NCBI GenBank assembly: GCA_964580435.1
Contig: CAZOKP010000004.1
Span: 14,824 to 78,823 of the forward strand
Origin: an uncultured Eubacteriales bacterium
GTDB taxonomy: Bacteria; Acidobacteriota; Aminicenantia; Aminicenantales; UBA8522
Direction: 5' to 3'
DNA: 64,000 nt
Each line of letters starts with the position of its first letter. The first letter of the stretch is position 1. The notes under the pieces were generated by a model. It ran no database searches. It was not told the origin of the DNA and saw nothing but the letters and a program-made list of their open reading frames with translations. Position numbers and translations under genes: made by a program. This document shows positions 19,416 through 28,905 of this stretch, piece by piece.

Positions 19416-20827
19416 GCCCGGCCTCCCACCGTCATCAGCGAAATCTTGATCGTCGGACAGCCGTCTGACACCGGGACTTCTTGTCCTTCCTTGCCGCAGG
19501 TCCCTGTCTGCAGGCCGAAGGCGAGGTCAGACCCAACCATCTCAATCTTACGGAGGATGTCGATGTTCGACCCGATGAGGGTGGCCTGTTTTATGGGAGC
19601 CGTCAGCCGGCCGCCTTCGATGAGGTAGCCGGAGCTTATGGTGAAAGTGAATTTTCCCGAGTCTTCGACCTGCCCGCCCTCGAATTGCTCCGTATAGATT
19701 CCTTTGCGCACGGACTTGAGGATCTCCTCGGGGTCGCTCTGACCTCTTTCGACATAGGTGTTGGACATCCGCGGAATGGGAGGACAGCTGTAATCCTGAC
19801 GCCGGCCATGTCCGGTCAAAGGCAGGTTCATCAGCCGAGCCGATAGCCTGTCCTGGAGATAGGAGGTCACGACGCCCCTGTCGACGAGGAGTGTCCTTTG
19901 GGGAACGGTGCCTTCATCATCGATGTTGTAGGAGCCCCGGAATGAGGGAATGGTTGGGTCGTCATAGATGGTCACGAGCGGAGCCCCGACTTTTTTACCC
20001 ATCTTGTCCCAAAAGATCGAGGTCTTTTTCCGGTTGAAGTCGGCTTCGAGGAGATGGCCGACAGCTTCATGGACGAGGACGCCGCTGTGCCCCGGCGCAA
20101 GGACGACGGGCATTTCTCCTGCGGGCGGGTCGACCGCTTCGAGAAGCTTCAAGGCTTCCTCAGCTGCCTCCTGGCCTATCTGCTTGGGCGGACGGACTTG
20201 ACTGAAGTATTCGAGACCGATCCTTCCGCCTCCTCCAGAAAAACCGAATTCCTTTCGGTTTTTCTTTTCGGCGACGGCATAACAGGCCAGCTTCGCCTGA
20301 GGCCTGGCATCCTCGGCGACTAGGCCTTCGGAGTTTATGATGGAAACATATTGGACCTGGTCCTGGAACAAGGCCTTAACCTTTTTGATTTTGGGATCGC
20401 TGCGCTGGCAGGCGAGGTAGGCCTCTTGGACGAGGTCGATCTTTTTTCTCAACTCCGTCAGATGGAGCGGGGCATCTGCCGTATAAACGCTCGCCTTTGG
20501 CTGAACTCTTTTGAATCGAGGGAGATTTCCCGCGGCCTTCCCTGAAGCGATAGTTGCAGCAGAGCGGGCGGCCTTCTTGATTTTTTCGAGGGAGAGGTCG
20601 TTGGTATATCCGTATCCCGTCATGTCGCCGGAAAGAACACGGATTCCCAGCCCGAGGCCGATGCTTTCCGCGGTCTCTTTGATGATGTCCTCCTCCATGT
20701 TGATGAAGCTGTAGATCCTGTATTCAAGATAGGCCTCGGCGAAATCTCCTCCCCTGGACAGTGCGACATTGAGGATTTTCTTGAGTTCTGCTCGCGAGAG
20801 GTGGAAGTGGTCTTCAAAGGCGATCAT
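19412..20827 (-). CDS. tldD: TldD family metalloprotease
   Basis: 471 aa. Zinc-binding HEAVGHLLEADF motif characteristic of TldD. Confidence 0.8.
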   Translation of the reverse strand: MIAFEDHFHLSRAELKKILNVALSRGGDFAEAYLEYRIYSFINMEEDIIKETAESIGLGLGIRVLSGDMTGYGYTNDLSLEKIKKAARSAATIASGKAAGNLPRFKRVQPKASVYTADAPLHLTELRKKIDLVQEAYLACQRSDPKIKKVKALFQDQVQYVSIINSEGLVAEDARPQAKLACYAVAEKKNRKEFGFSGGGGRIGLEYFSQVRPPKQIGQEAAEEALKLLEAVDPPAGEMPVVLAPGHSGVLVHEAVGHLLEADFNRKKTSIFWDKMGKKVGAPLVTIYDDPTIPSFRGSYNIDDEGTVPQRTLLVDRGVVTSYLQDRLSARLMNLPLTGHGRRQDYSCPPIPRMSNTYVERGQSDPEEILKSVRKGIYTEQFEGGQVEDSGKFTFTISSGYLIEGGRLTAPIKQATLIGSNIDILRKIEMVGSDLAFGLQTGTCGKEGQEVPVSDGCPTIKISLMTVGGRA

Positions 20828-21914
20828 TTTTATCTCGCGATTTTTTTAGGTAGGGCCAGGCCAGGATCAGGATGCTGGCGATCCCCAGCGAATATTCGAA
20901 GGTGTTGGTCAGGAGATGAACGCCAATGCCCGAGACTATAGCCAGGCGGGGGTCGAAATTCATAAGCCCGAACGTCAGGGCCCAGGCCGACTCCCATGTC
21001 CCGAATCCGGCCAGTCCTTTGACCGGCAGGGCCGAGGTCAGCTCCGCCCCGCTTATGCCCAGGATGAATTTCCAGAAGCTCAGCGCCTCAAGGGTGAAAC
21101 CGTGGCTCCGGAGGAGGGAGAAGAACAGGGCATAAACAGAGATATACTTGGCCAGGCGGATGAAAAGAGAGAGAAGAAAAATCGGAAAATAGATCTTTCT
21201 TTGATGGATCTCGGAGAGGGCGTCAATGGTCAACTGGAATTTCTCCACCGAGAGCCGGGCGAATTTTTTATGTTCGCTCTTCAACGCTATCAAAGCGCGC
21301 CTGTAGATCTTCAGAACCCATCGGGAAAGAGGAATGATCTTCCAGACGATGGCGAAAGTAAGCACAAAAAAGGCGAGAGAAATCAGGAGCAGCGCGGGTG
21401 TAGATATGCTTGTCGTTCCTAAACCGACGACGATCACAGCCGTGATCAAGAACGGGCTCAAAGTCAGGAAGTCGAAAAAGAACGCCAGGACAAAACTGGA
21501 CGTGGCGGTCTCGAAAGGAAAACCTAGCCTCTTGTTAAGGACGTAGATATAGGAGAGCGAACCGAGCCGGGCAGGGAGGAGGTCAATAAGGCTGTTCCTA
21601 ATAAATGTCACCAAAAACATGTTCCCCCAGCTTATGGGCCGAGGTCGAAGGAGCATCTTGTAGCGCCAGGCGCGAAGCCAAGCTCCGATGAGGGCAATGC
21701 CCATGTATGCGAGTAGTGCCGGGACGTAAATTCGTTGGAGCGTCCGGACGACATCTTCTGTTTTGATTTGAGAGAATAAGAGCCAAAGCAGGACAACGGA
21801 GATCGCCGCGGAGAGGAATATATAGATGATCTTGTTCTTAAACATCCGGGTATATTCTAGTTCTCCCCGGCCGATTGTCAAATTCATCATAATGGATCCT
21901 GTCGATGCGTCCAT
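20814..21914 (-). CDS. flippase-like / lysylphosphatidylglycerol-synthase-TM-domain (UPF0104) family integral membrane protein
   Basis: About 8 hydrophobic helices, size and topology of UPF0104 proteins. 14-nt overlap with tldD. Start uncertain (possibly MFKNKIIYIFL). Confidence 0.45.
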   Translation of the reverse strand: MDASTGSIMMNLTIGRGELEYTRMFKNKIIYIFLSAAISVVLLWLLFSQIKTEDVVRTLQRIYVPALLAYMGIALIGAWLRAWRYKMLLRPRPISWGNMFLVTFIRNSLIDLLPARLGSLSYIYVLNKRLGFPFETATSSFVLAFFFDFLTLSPFLITAVIVVGLGTTSISTPALLLISLAFFVLTFAIVWKIIPLSRWVLKIYRRALIALKSEHKKFARLSVEKFQLTIDALSEIHQRKIYFPIFLLSLFIRLAKYISVYALFFSLLRSHGFTLEALSFWKFILGISGAELTSALPVKGLAGFGTWESAWALTFGLMNFDPRLAIVSGIGVHLLTNTFEYSLGIASILILAWPYLKKSRDKNDRL

Positions 21915-21992
21915 TTCATTTAGTTCGCTTTAAACATGCTCCCGGGTTCTGATAGAATAAGCGGACAGAGATTTCTTATCAAGGAGGACTGC

Positions 21993-24653
21993 ATGATTCC
22001 CTCTCTCCGTTTTCGGTTGCTGGTTTTTGCTGCTTTGTTTACTTTGGGTCTCGGTTTCGCCGTCAGCCTGGAGGAGGCGCAAGGTCTTCTGGCGCCTTCC
22101 GAGCTGCGCTGCGAATACCTAAGGAATCCGGCAGGAGTTGACGTGCTGAAGCCGCGATTCTCCTGGGTCCTCGAACACAGCGGCCGGGGTCAAGCGCAGT
22201 CGGCCTTTGAGATCATTGTGTCAACGCAGGCAAGCGCAGAGAAAGGGGACATGTGGGAAAGCGGGAAAGTCAACACAGGAGAATCCACACAAGTGGTTTA
22301 TGAGGGGAAGCCTCTCGCAAGCGGATGCACTTATTACTGGAAGGTCCGCTGCTGGGATAAAGGTGGCCAGGCCAGCCCTTTTAGCCAGGCCGCCCGGTTT
22401 GACACGGGGCTCTTTTCCCGCGCTGACTGGAAAGGAAGTTGGGTCAGCGGCAAAAACCAGGTCCGCAAAGAGTTCAACCTCGACAAAAAAATCACACGAG
22501 CGAGGGCCTATATTTGCGGCCTCGGCTATTACGAGCTGAGGCTGAACGGCCGCAAGGTCGGCCGGAACGTCCTCGATCCGGGTTGGACGACTTACGATAA
22601 ACGGGTCCTCTATGTCACTTATGATGTCACTGAATATCTGCTCCAGGGGGCCAACGCTGTGGCCGTGATGCTTGGCCAGGGCTGGTACAAGTCCACCGTC
22701 CTTCTTCTGCAGATGAATATCGAGCTCGAAGACGGACGGAAGATTGAAATCATTACGGACTCCTCCTGGAAGACAATGGCTGGACCCGTTATCAAAGATA
22801 GCATTTATAATGGGGAAACATACGATGCCCGGCTTGAGACTCCCGGCTGGGATCGTCCCGGATTCGATGACAGCGGCTGGAGCAGTGCCAATGTTGTGGC
22901 CGGTCCCAAAGGAGAGCTCTCCTCTCAAATGATGCCGCCGATTCAGGTTGTCGATACCCTTGTCCCCTTGAAAATGACCAGCCCGATGGCCGGAGTTTAT
23001 GTCTTTGACATGGGACAGAATTCGAGCGGCTGGGCCCAGCTCCGGGTGTGGGGACCGCGCGGTGCTGTGGTCAAAATGCGTTTTTCCGAACTTCTCTATG
23101 AGAACGGGATGATCAACCAGGAAAACCTGCGCGGAGCGAGGGCCGAAGATGTTTATATCCTGAAGGGAGAAGGAGAAGAGGTCTGGCAGCCCCGCTTCAC
23201 CTACCACGGCTTCCGTTATGTCGAATTGACCGGATTTCCCGGTGTCCCTGGGGTCAACACGATCAGAGGCCGTGTCGTACATACCGCCGTCGAGGCTAGA
23301 GGCAGCTTTTCCTGCTCCAAGCCCGTCCTGAACAGCCTCCAGCGGATCATCGTTTGGGGCCAGAAGTCGAACCTCCATAGCATCCCCACGGATTGCTGCC
23401 AGCGCGACGAGAGGATGGGGTGGATGGGCGATGCCCAGGGCACAGCCGAGGAAGCCATGCACAATTTTGACATGGCCGCGTTCTACACAAATTTCGTCCG
23501 GGATATTAGGGATGTCCAGGATGCGGCAGGGTCGATCACTGACACGGTCCCGCACATCTGGGGCTCGCGGCCAGCGGACCCAGCCTGGGGGACAGCCTAC
23601 CCGCTCATCTGTTGGTACATGTATCAGTATTACGGCGACAGGCGCATTCTCGAGGAGCACTATGAAGGGGTGAAGAAATATGTGGAATACCTGCGATCGC
23701 GGGCAGAGAATGGCCTGGTCAAATTCAGCTATTACGGAGACTGGGTGGCCGTGGAAAAGACTCCAGGAAGCATCGTCTCCTCCTTCTACTATTTTTATGA
23801 TATCAAAGTTCTCGCGGAAATAGCCGGCGTCCTGGGAAAAGAGCAGGATGCCGAGATGTACAGTGTCCTCGCGGACGCGGTCAAAACGGCTTTTCACAAA
23901 GAGTACTTTGACCCGAAAACAAACAGCTATGCCAACGGCACCCAGACGGCGAATACCCTTCCGCTCTTCCTGGACCTGGTTCCGCAATCCCTGCGCGGCG
24001 CGGTCTGGGGCAGCCTTTTTGACAATGTCGTTTATGAGAATAACTCTCATCTGACGACAGGGATCATTGGGACAAAATACATTATGGAGCTTTTGACGGC
24101 CATGAACGCTTCGGACCTGGCCTATGACATCGCCACCCAGACGACTTACCCGAGCTGGGGATACATGATTGAAAATGGCGCAACGACTCTCTGGGAACTC
24201 TGGCAATTGCGGCAGGGGCCGTCGATGAATTCGCATAATCACCCGATGTTCGGGAGCGTCGGGGCCTGGCTTTATAAGGCCCTGGCAGGAATTAATATGG
24301 CGCCGGGCTCGGTCGGATATAGAAAGATACGCATTGCTCCCCAGATGGTGAGAGACCTGCGTTACGCCGCCGGCTCCGTGCGCACGTTGAGGGGAGTCGT
24401 CTCCTCCTCCTGGTCTCGCGACGATCGCAGCGTCCGACTTGAAGTGACTATCCCAGTGGGCAGTCAGGCTGAAATCCTGCTCCCTAAATTCAACCTAATG
24501 AACATCGTTATCAGGGAAGGAGGGCAGGTCCTCTGGGACGGCCAGGGATTTCATGCCGGGGTTGAGGGTATTGATAAGATCGAGGAGGGCGCGGCCGGCT
24601 TTCAGGTCAGGGTCGGCTCAGGCCGGTACGTCTTCGAACTGACAGGACAATAA
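21993..24653 (+). CDS. alpha-L-rhamnosidase, glycoside hydrolase family 78
   Basis: Probable start MIPSLRF (ATG 21993 after AAGGAGG) with a signal peptide. Contains the GH78 catalytic-region signature CCQRDERMGWMGDAQ and the typical bacterial rhamnosidase N-terminal domain. Confidence 0.8.
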   Translation: MIPSLRFRLLVFAALFTLGLGFAVSLEEAQGLLAPSELRCEYLRNPAGVDVLKPRFSWVLEHSGRGQAQSAFEIIVSTQASAEKGDMWESGKVNTGESTQVVYEGKPLASGCTYYWKVRCWDKGGQASPFSQAARFDTGLFSRADWKGSWVSGKNQVRKEFNLDKKITRARAYICGLGYYELRLNGRKVGRNVLDPGWTTYDKRVLYVTYDVTEYLLQGANAVAVMLGQGWYKSTVLLLQMNIELEDGRKIEIITDSSWKTMAGPVIKDSIYNGETYDARLETPGWDRPGFDDSGWSSANVVAGPKGELSSQMMPPIQVVDTLVPLKMTSPMAGVYVFDMGQNSSGWAQLRVWGPRGAVVKMRFSELLYENGMINQENLRGARAEDVYILKGEGEEVWQPRFTYHGFRYVELTGFPGVPGVNTIRGRVVHTAVEARGSFSCSKPVLNSLQRIIVWGQKSNLHSIPTDCCQRDERMGWMGDAQGTAEEAMHNFDMAAFYTNFVRDIRDVQDAAGSITDTVPHIWGSRPADPAWGTAYPLICWYMYQYYGDRRILEEHYEGVKKYVEYLRSRAENGLVKFSYYGDWVAVEKTPGSIVSSFYYFYDIKVLAEIAGVLGKEQDAEMYSVLADAVKTAFHKEYFDPKTNSYANGTQTANTLPLFLDLVPQSLRGAVWGSLFDNVVYENNSHLTTGIIGTKYIMELLTAMNASDLAYDIATQTTYPSWGYMIENGATTLWELWQLRQGPSMNSHNHPMFGSVGAWLYKALAGINMAPGSVGYRKIRIAPQMVRDLRYAAGSVRTLRGVVSSSWSRDDRSVRLEVTIPVGSQAEILLPKFNLMNIVIREGGQVLWDGQGFHAGVEGIDKIEEGAAGFQVRVGSGRYVFELTGQ

Positions 24654-24710
24654 GGCGCGGCCTTCGTTACGGAATTCGCTTCCGGTCTCGTTCAGGCTGA
24701 GCCGGGGGTG

Positions 24711-24750
24711 TTGACTTACTTGCTGTCTACTATTATTATAGGAATAGTAG
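24711..24750 (+). promoter_or_regulatory. putative sigma70-type promoter of the pirin gene, with an overlapping palindromic operator
   Basis: TTGACT (24711-24716), 17 nt spacer, TATTAT (24734-24739). Inverted repeat CTACTATT-n8-AATAGTAG (24727-24750) overlaps the -10. RBS GGAGGGA before ATG 24768. Confidence 0.35.
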
Positions 24751-24767
24751 GATAAATCGGAGGGACC

Positions 24768-25619
24768 ATGAAATCCATCAGGTTGATCAAGAAGATCACC
24801 CGCAGCCGGCCCACCCTCGAGGGAGCCGGGGTTCATCTGGGCCGGGCTTTCGGGAACGCCGACGTTCCGCTCTACGACCCCTTTCTGATGCTTGATGACT
24901 TTCATTCAGATAAACCCGAGAATTATATCGCCGGGTTTCCCTGGCACCCTCATCGGGGGATCGAGACAGTGACGTACATGCTCTCCGGGACGGTCAAGCA
25001 CGGCGACAGCATGGGCAATGCGGGAGCCATCCACTCGGGCGACGTGCAGTGGATGACGGCCGGGAGCGGCATTATCCATCAGGAGATGCCGCAGAAGCAG
25101 AAGAAAACTTTGTGGGGGTTCCAGCTCTGGGTAAATCTCCCTGGCAAGGACAAAATGATGAAACCGAGATATCGCGATGTCAAGGCTCAGGAGCTCGCAG
25201 AACATAAGTTAGAGTCAGGGGCCCGCGTCAGAGTGATCGCGGGAAAACTCAAGGGAATTGCCGGACCGGTCAAGGATATCATCTCCGACCCGGAATATCT
25301 GGATATCACCGTGCCCGAAGGTGTGACTTTTGAGCATTTTATAAAAAGCGGCCATACAGTTTTCGCGTATGTCTTTGAGGGCGGGGGCTTTTTTGACCCG
25401 AGCCGTCAGAGAACGATCTCGGCCGAGCATGTTGTTCTTTTCGGCGATGGAGAAAACGTTGTGATAACCGCGCAGAACGAACCCTTGCGATTCTTGCTGA
25501 TCTCAGGAAAGCCTATCGGAGAGCGTGTCGCCTGGTACGGTCCGATTGTCATGAATACCGAAGAAGAGCTGGCGCTGGCTTTTGAAGAGTACCGGAACGG
25601 GACTTTCATAAAAAGCTGA
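24768..25619 (+). CDS. pirin family protein (cupin, quercetinase-like)
   Basis: GFPWHPHRGIETVTYML, the pirin N-terminal metal-binding signature. 283 aa. Confidence 0.8.
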   Translation: MKSIRLIKKITRSRPTLEGAGVHLGRAFGNADVPLYDPFLMLDDFHSDKPENYIAGFPWHPHRGIETVTYMLSGTVKHGDSMGNAGAIHSGDVQWMTAGSGIIHQEMPQKQKKTLWGFQLWVNLPGKDKMMKPRYRDVKAQELAEHKLESGARVRVIAGKLKGIAGPVKDIISDPEYLDITVPEGVTFEHFIKSGHTVFAYVFEGGGFFDPSRQRTISAEHVVLFGDGENVVITAQNEPLRFLLISGKPIGERVAWYGPIVMNTEEELALAFEEYRNGTFIKS

Positions 25620-25622
25620 CGG

Positions 25623-25802
25623 TCACGCCTTTTTCGTCTTTCGGGCCCAAAGAGTCGCGAAGACGAACCATCCGATTGAGGCGATAATGAAGAGGACCTG
25701 ATAGTTTTTTTCGGAGACGTTTCCCAGGAAATGGAAAACGGCGGACAGAAGACAGACACAGAGGCTCACCAGCGATAGTACGGCCAAGACTATTTTCCGC
25801 AT
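25623..25802 (-). CDS. small two-helix membrane protein (hypothetical)
   Basis: Probable start MRKIVLAVLSL (ATG 25802), 1 nt after the permease stop. Two hydrophobic helices and a basic C-terminus. Confidence 0.35.
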   Translation of the reverse strand: MRKIVLAVLSLVSLCVCLLSAVFHFLGNVSEKNYQVLFIIASIGWFVFATLWARKTKKA

Positions 25803-25803
25803 C

Positions 25804-27165
25804 CTATTTTCTCCCCACGGCCTGTAAAACGACATAGGCAATAAGAGCTATAAAGTACCCGGGAAGCCAGCGAAAGTAGAGGTGAACCGGCATGAAGAAA
25901 CAGATCAATAGCGTTCCGGCCCATACTATCAAGGCTCTCCAGTTGAAAAGCCAGCCGTATTTTTCGGCCCGATATTGTTCGATTTTGAGGAGAGGAAAGA
26001 GCCAGTGCTCGGCAAAGACGACAGCGCCGATAGGCATGAGCACGAGCCCATAAATGGCGACGTAGTCAAGCAGCTTCATGAAGAAGACCGGAAAACAACT
26101 GAGGATCGTGGTAACAACACCTGCCACCAGCGTGATTTTCCAGCGGGGCCAGTTGGGGCTGATCGCTTGAAGAGCTAGGCCGGCCCGATAAAGAGTCGGG
26201 TTGGCCGTTGTCCAGCCCGCCAAGAGAAGACCGGCCACTCCGGCCAGCCCGACCGCCTCATAGGCCATCAGACCGGGATTCATTTCCCGGCCAATGGCCG
26301 CGACCATAATCCCGGAGCACATCCAGGCAAGCATGTGGCCCGGATACATTCCAAAAGCCGTAAAAAAACCGTAAGTCCATTTTTTGGCGTACCGAAAAAT
26401 AGCCATATCGGAGAGGCCGACGTGCATGGCCAGGTTGCAGAACCAGGCGAAAAACATAACATGCCCAAGGCCGAATTTATCCTGCCCAGCCAGAGGAATC
26501 CCGTTCCAGACCTTGGTCTCGGCGATCTCCCAGAGGTTGTCGAGCTGAGGATTCACCCCTAGACGCGGGAGAACAGCGACGGCACCGGCGATAAAAACAA
26601 CGAAGATCCAGGGGGAGCAGACTTCGGCAAACCGGCTGAGCTTTTCAAACCCCAAAATAGCCAGGGTGACGAATAGGGCGCCAATAGCAAACGTTAGTAG
26701 AACCCAGCCAAGACTGTTGGGAAAGACCGCGTCGAGGGAAGGAACCTCGATGCGGAAGGCCAATCCGATGGCCGTGGCTGATACCGAAATCATAGCACCG
26801 GCCAGGATGCAGTAAAGAACGGCGTTGGCAAGGTTATAAATGAAGGTCAAACCCGGTCCGGCGATTTTTCTGAGGTACCAGTAAAGCGTCAGACGCGTCC
26901 GGATAGCGATCGGCGCACAAATGAAAGTCCAGGAGAGCACGGCCAGAAGATTCCCCGCGAAAAGACCGATGAGGAGGTCTTTTGCCGTCACTCCGTGGAG
27001 GACAAAGAAGGCGCCGATCACAAACTCGGTCGCAGCCACGTGCTCACCGGCAAAAAGACCGGCGAATTTTCCACCTGTCTGGAGTTTGTCTGGAGAGACA
27101 GGCTCCCGGTCGAATTCGTAGAGCTTGTCCATCTGGGAGGTTATTGAAGCCCGACGAAGACTCAT
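25804..27165 (-). CDS. nucleobase:cation symporter-like permease (NCS1/purine-cytosine permease-like)
   Basis: Probable start MSLRRASITSQMDKLYEF (ATG 27165, GAGGA 7 nt upstream); the listed ORF carries a long upstream extension. About 12 TM helices. N-terminal GEHVAATEFVIG-type pattern seen in cytosine/purine permeases. Confidence 0.5.
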   Translation of the reverse strand: MSLRRASITSQMDKLYEFDREPVSPDKLQTGGKFAGLFAGEHVAATEFVIGAFFVLHGVTAKDLLIGLFAGNLLAVLSWTFICAPIAIRTRLTLYWYLRKIAGPGLTFIYNLANAVLYCILAGAMISVSATAIGLAFRIEVPSLDAVFPNSLGWVLLTFAIGALFVTLAILGFEKLSRFAEVCSPWIFVVFIAGAVAVLPRLGVNPQLDNLWEIAETKVWNGIPLAGQDKFGLGHVMFFAWFCNLAMHVGLSDMAIFRYAKKWTYGFFTAFGMYPGHMLAWMCSGIMVAAIGREMNPGLMAYEAVGLAGVAGLLLAGWTTANPTLYRAGLALQAISPNWPRWKITLVAGVVTTILSCFPVFFMKLLDYVAIYGLVLMPIGAVVFAEHWLFPLLKIEQYRAEKYGWLFNWRALIVWAGTLLICFFMPVHLYFRWLPGYFIALIAYVVLQAVGRK

Positions 27166-27242
27166 AGTTCTATCCTCAATTCGCCGTAAATATACACAAG
27201 GAGTGACGGTCTGACAAGCATAAAAATGCGACCCGCAATCAT

Positions 27243-27272
27243 TTCCAAAACTCTCAGAAATTATGCTATAAT
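27243..27272 (+). promoter_or_regulatory. putative serS promoter giving a leaderless or near-leaderless mRNA
   Basis: TATAAT at 27267-27272 lies only 8 nt before the serS ATG (27281). A possible -35, TTCCAA, lies 18 nt upstream. There is no Shine-Dalgarno sequence between them. Confidence 0.35.
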
Positions 27273-27280
27273 CAGCCCCA

Positions 27281-28552
27281 ATGTTAGACCTAAAATTTGT
27301 CCTCGAAAACAGGGAATATGTTCTCAAGAAAATAGCCAGCCGCGGCCTCCGCCTTGACCTTGAGGGATTGATCAAGGCGGCGGAAGGCCGCAAAAAAGCC
27401 TTAAAGCGCGTGGAAGACCTCCGCGCAGAAAAGAACAGGGCTTCAGAGCTTATCGCCAAGGCTAAACGGGAAGGGAAGGAGTCGGAGGCTTTGATTACTG
27501 CGATGAAAAAGGTCGGGGAGGAGATCGACCGCCTTGAGGTTGAGCTGAAAGAGCTTGATGACAACTTGCGCAATATCCTTCTCCGCATTCCCAACCTGCC
27601 TCATGAATCCGTGCCCGTGGGCAAGAGCTCTGAAGACAATGTTGAGTTGCGCCGGTTTGGCGAAATGCCCGAGTTTGCCTTTCCCGTGCTTCCCCATTGG
27701 GAGATTGGCCGGAGGCTCGGCATCCTGGATTTTGAGAGAGCGTCCAAGATCACCGGCTCGCGTTTTGCTGTCTATCTGGGTGCCGGGGCGCGGCTTGAGA
27801 GAGCCCTGATAAACTTTATGCTTGATCTCCAAACCAAGGAGAAAGGCTATCGGGAAGTCATCCCGCCCTTTATCGCCAACGCGGAGAGCCTGACGGCTAC
27901 AGGAAATCTGCCCAAGTTCGAGAAGGACTTATTCAAACTCAGGGGCAGGCACTGGTATCTTATCCCTACCGCCGAGGTTCCCCTGACCAATCTCTACCGG
28001 GACGAGATCCTGGAAGCGGCTGTGCTGCCGCAAAGGTTTGTTGCCTACACCCCCTGCTTCCGCAGCGAGGCGGGCTCTTATGGTAAAGATATTCGGGGCC
28101 TCATCCGGCAGCATCAGTTCAACAAGGTTGAGCTGATGGTTTTTTCAGCGCCTGAACGCTCCTTTGAAGAGCTGGAAAAAATGACTACGGACGCCGAAGA
28201 AGTCCTGAAAAGACTGGAGCTCCACTATCGAGTTGTTGCGCTGTGCACCGCGGATTTGGGTTTTGCCGGGGCGAAGACGTATGACCTTGAGATCTGGCTG
28301 CCGTTCCAGAAAAAGTTCAGGGAGATTTCCTCGGTGACAAACTGCACAGATTTTCAGGCCAGGAGAGGCAACATCCGCTTCCGCCCCCAGCCCAAAGCGA
28401 AACCGGAATTCGTCCATACATTGAACGGCTCCGGAGTGGCCGTCGGCCGGACGGTGAGCGCCCTTCTTGAGGCCCATCAGCAGCAAGATGGTTCTGTCAT
28501 CATTCCTGAAGCCCTGCGTCCCTACATGGACGGGCTCGAGAAAATAACCTGA
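27281..28552 (+). CDS. serS: serine--tRNA ligase
   Basis: 423 aa. N-terminal coiled-coil arm ([14 protein letters not shown]...), class II motifs, [26 protein letters not shown]-terminal [15 protein letters not shown]. Confidence 0.9.
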   Translation: MLDLKFVLENREYVLKKIASRGLRLDLEGLIKAAEGRKKALKRVEDLRAEKNRASELIAKAKREGKESEALITAMKKVGEEIDRLEVELKELDDNLRNILLRIPNLPHESVPVGKSSEDNVELRRFGEMPEFAFPVLPHWEIGRRLGILDFERASKITGSRFAVYLGAGARLERALINFMLDLQTKEKGYREVIPPFIANAESLTATGNLPKFEKDLFKLRGRHWYLIPTAEVPLTNLYRDEILEAAVLPQRFVAYTPCFRSEAGSYGKDIRGLIRQHQFNKVELMVFSAPERSFEELEKMTTDAEEVLKRLELHYRVVALCTADLGFAGAKTYDLEIWLPFQKKFREISSVTNCTDFQARRGNIRFRPQPKAKPEFVHTLNGSGVAVGRTVSALLEAHQQQDGSVIIPEALRPYMDGLEKIT

Positions 28553-28559
28553 CCTTGCG

Positions 28560-28648
28560 GAGGGATGGCCGAGTGGCTGAAGGCGGCGGTCTTGAAAACC
28601 GCTTTCCGGTTCTCCGGAACGGGGGTTCGAATCCCTCTCCCTCCGCCA
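28560..28648 (+). tRNA. tRNA-Ser (anticodon UGA), long variable arm
   Basis: Acceptor stem GGAGGGA/TCCCTCC, U8, D-arm GCC...GGC, anticodon stem GCGGT/ACCGC with loop CTTGAAA (anticodon TGA), long variable arm, T-loop GGTTCGAATCC, discriminator G, encoded CCA. 7 nt after the serS stop. Confidence 0.85.
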
Positions 28649-28728
28649 GCCCATATTTCCTTGTCCGCTTTTAGGCTTTGAAGTCCAATCGAAACATGCT
28701 AAAATAGGCCCGCTTGTCAGGCGTTTGC

Positions 28729-28823
<95 letters not shown>

Positions 28824-28905
28824 TCTTAATCCCCTAAACGGGTCTTGTTTATTTCCGTTCGATGTTTTTGGAAGAACAAAGATCATTTTCAGGAGGGAGA
28901 GTGCC

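Noticed and set aside
22221-24242. 673-aa minus-strand ORF inside the GH78 gene
   Set aside because: Antisense shadow ORF. The plus strand carries the unmistakable GH78 signature.
28145-28654. 169-aa minus-strand ORF covering the tRNA-Ser(UGA) gene
   Set aside because: Overlaps a clear tRNA and the 3' end of serS. This is a GC-rich antisense artefact.
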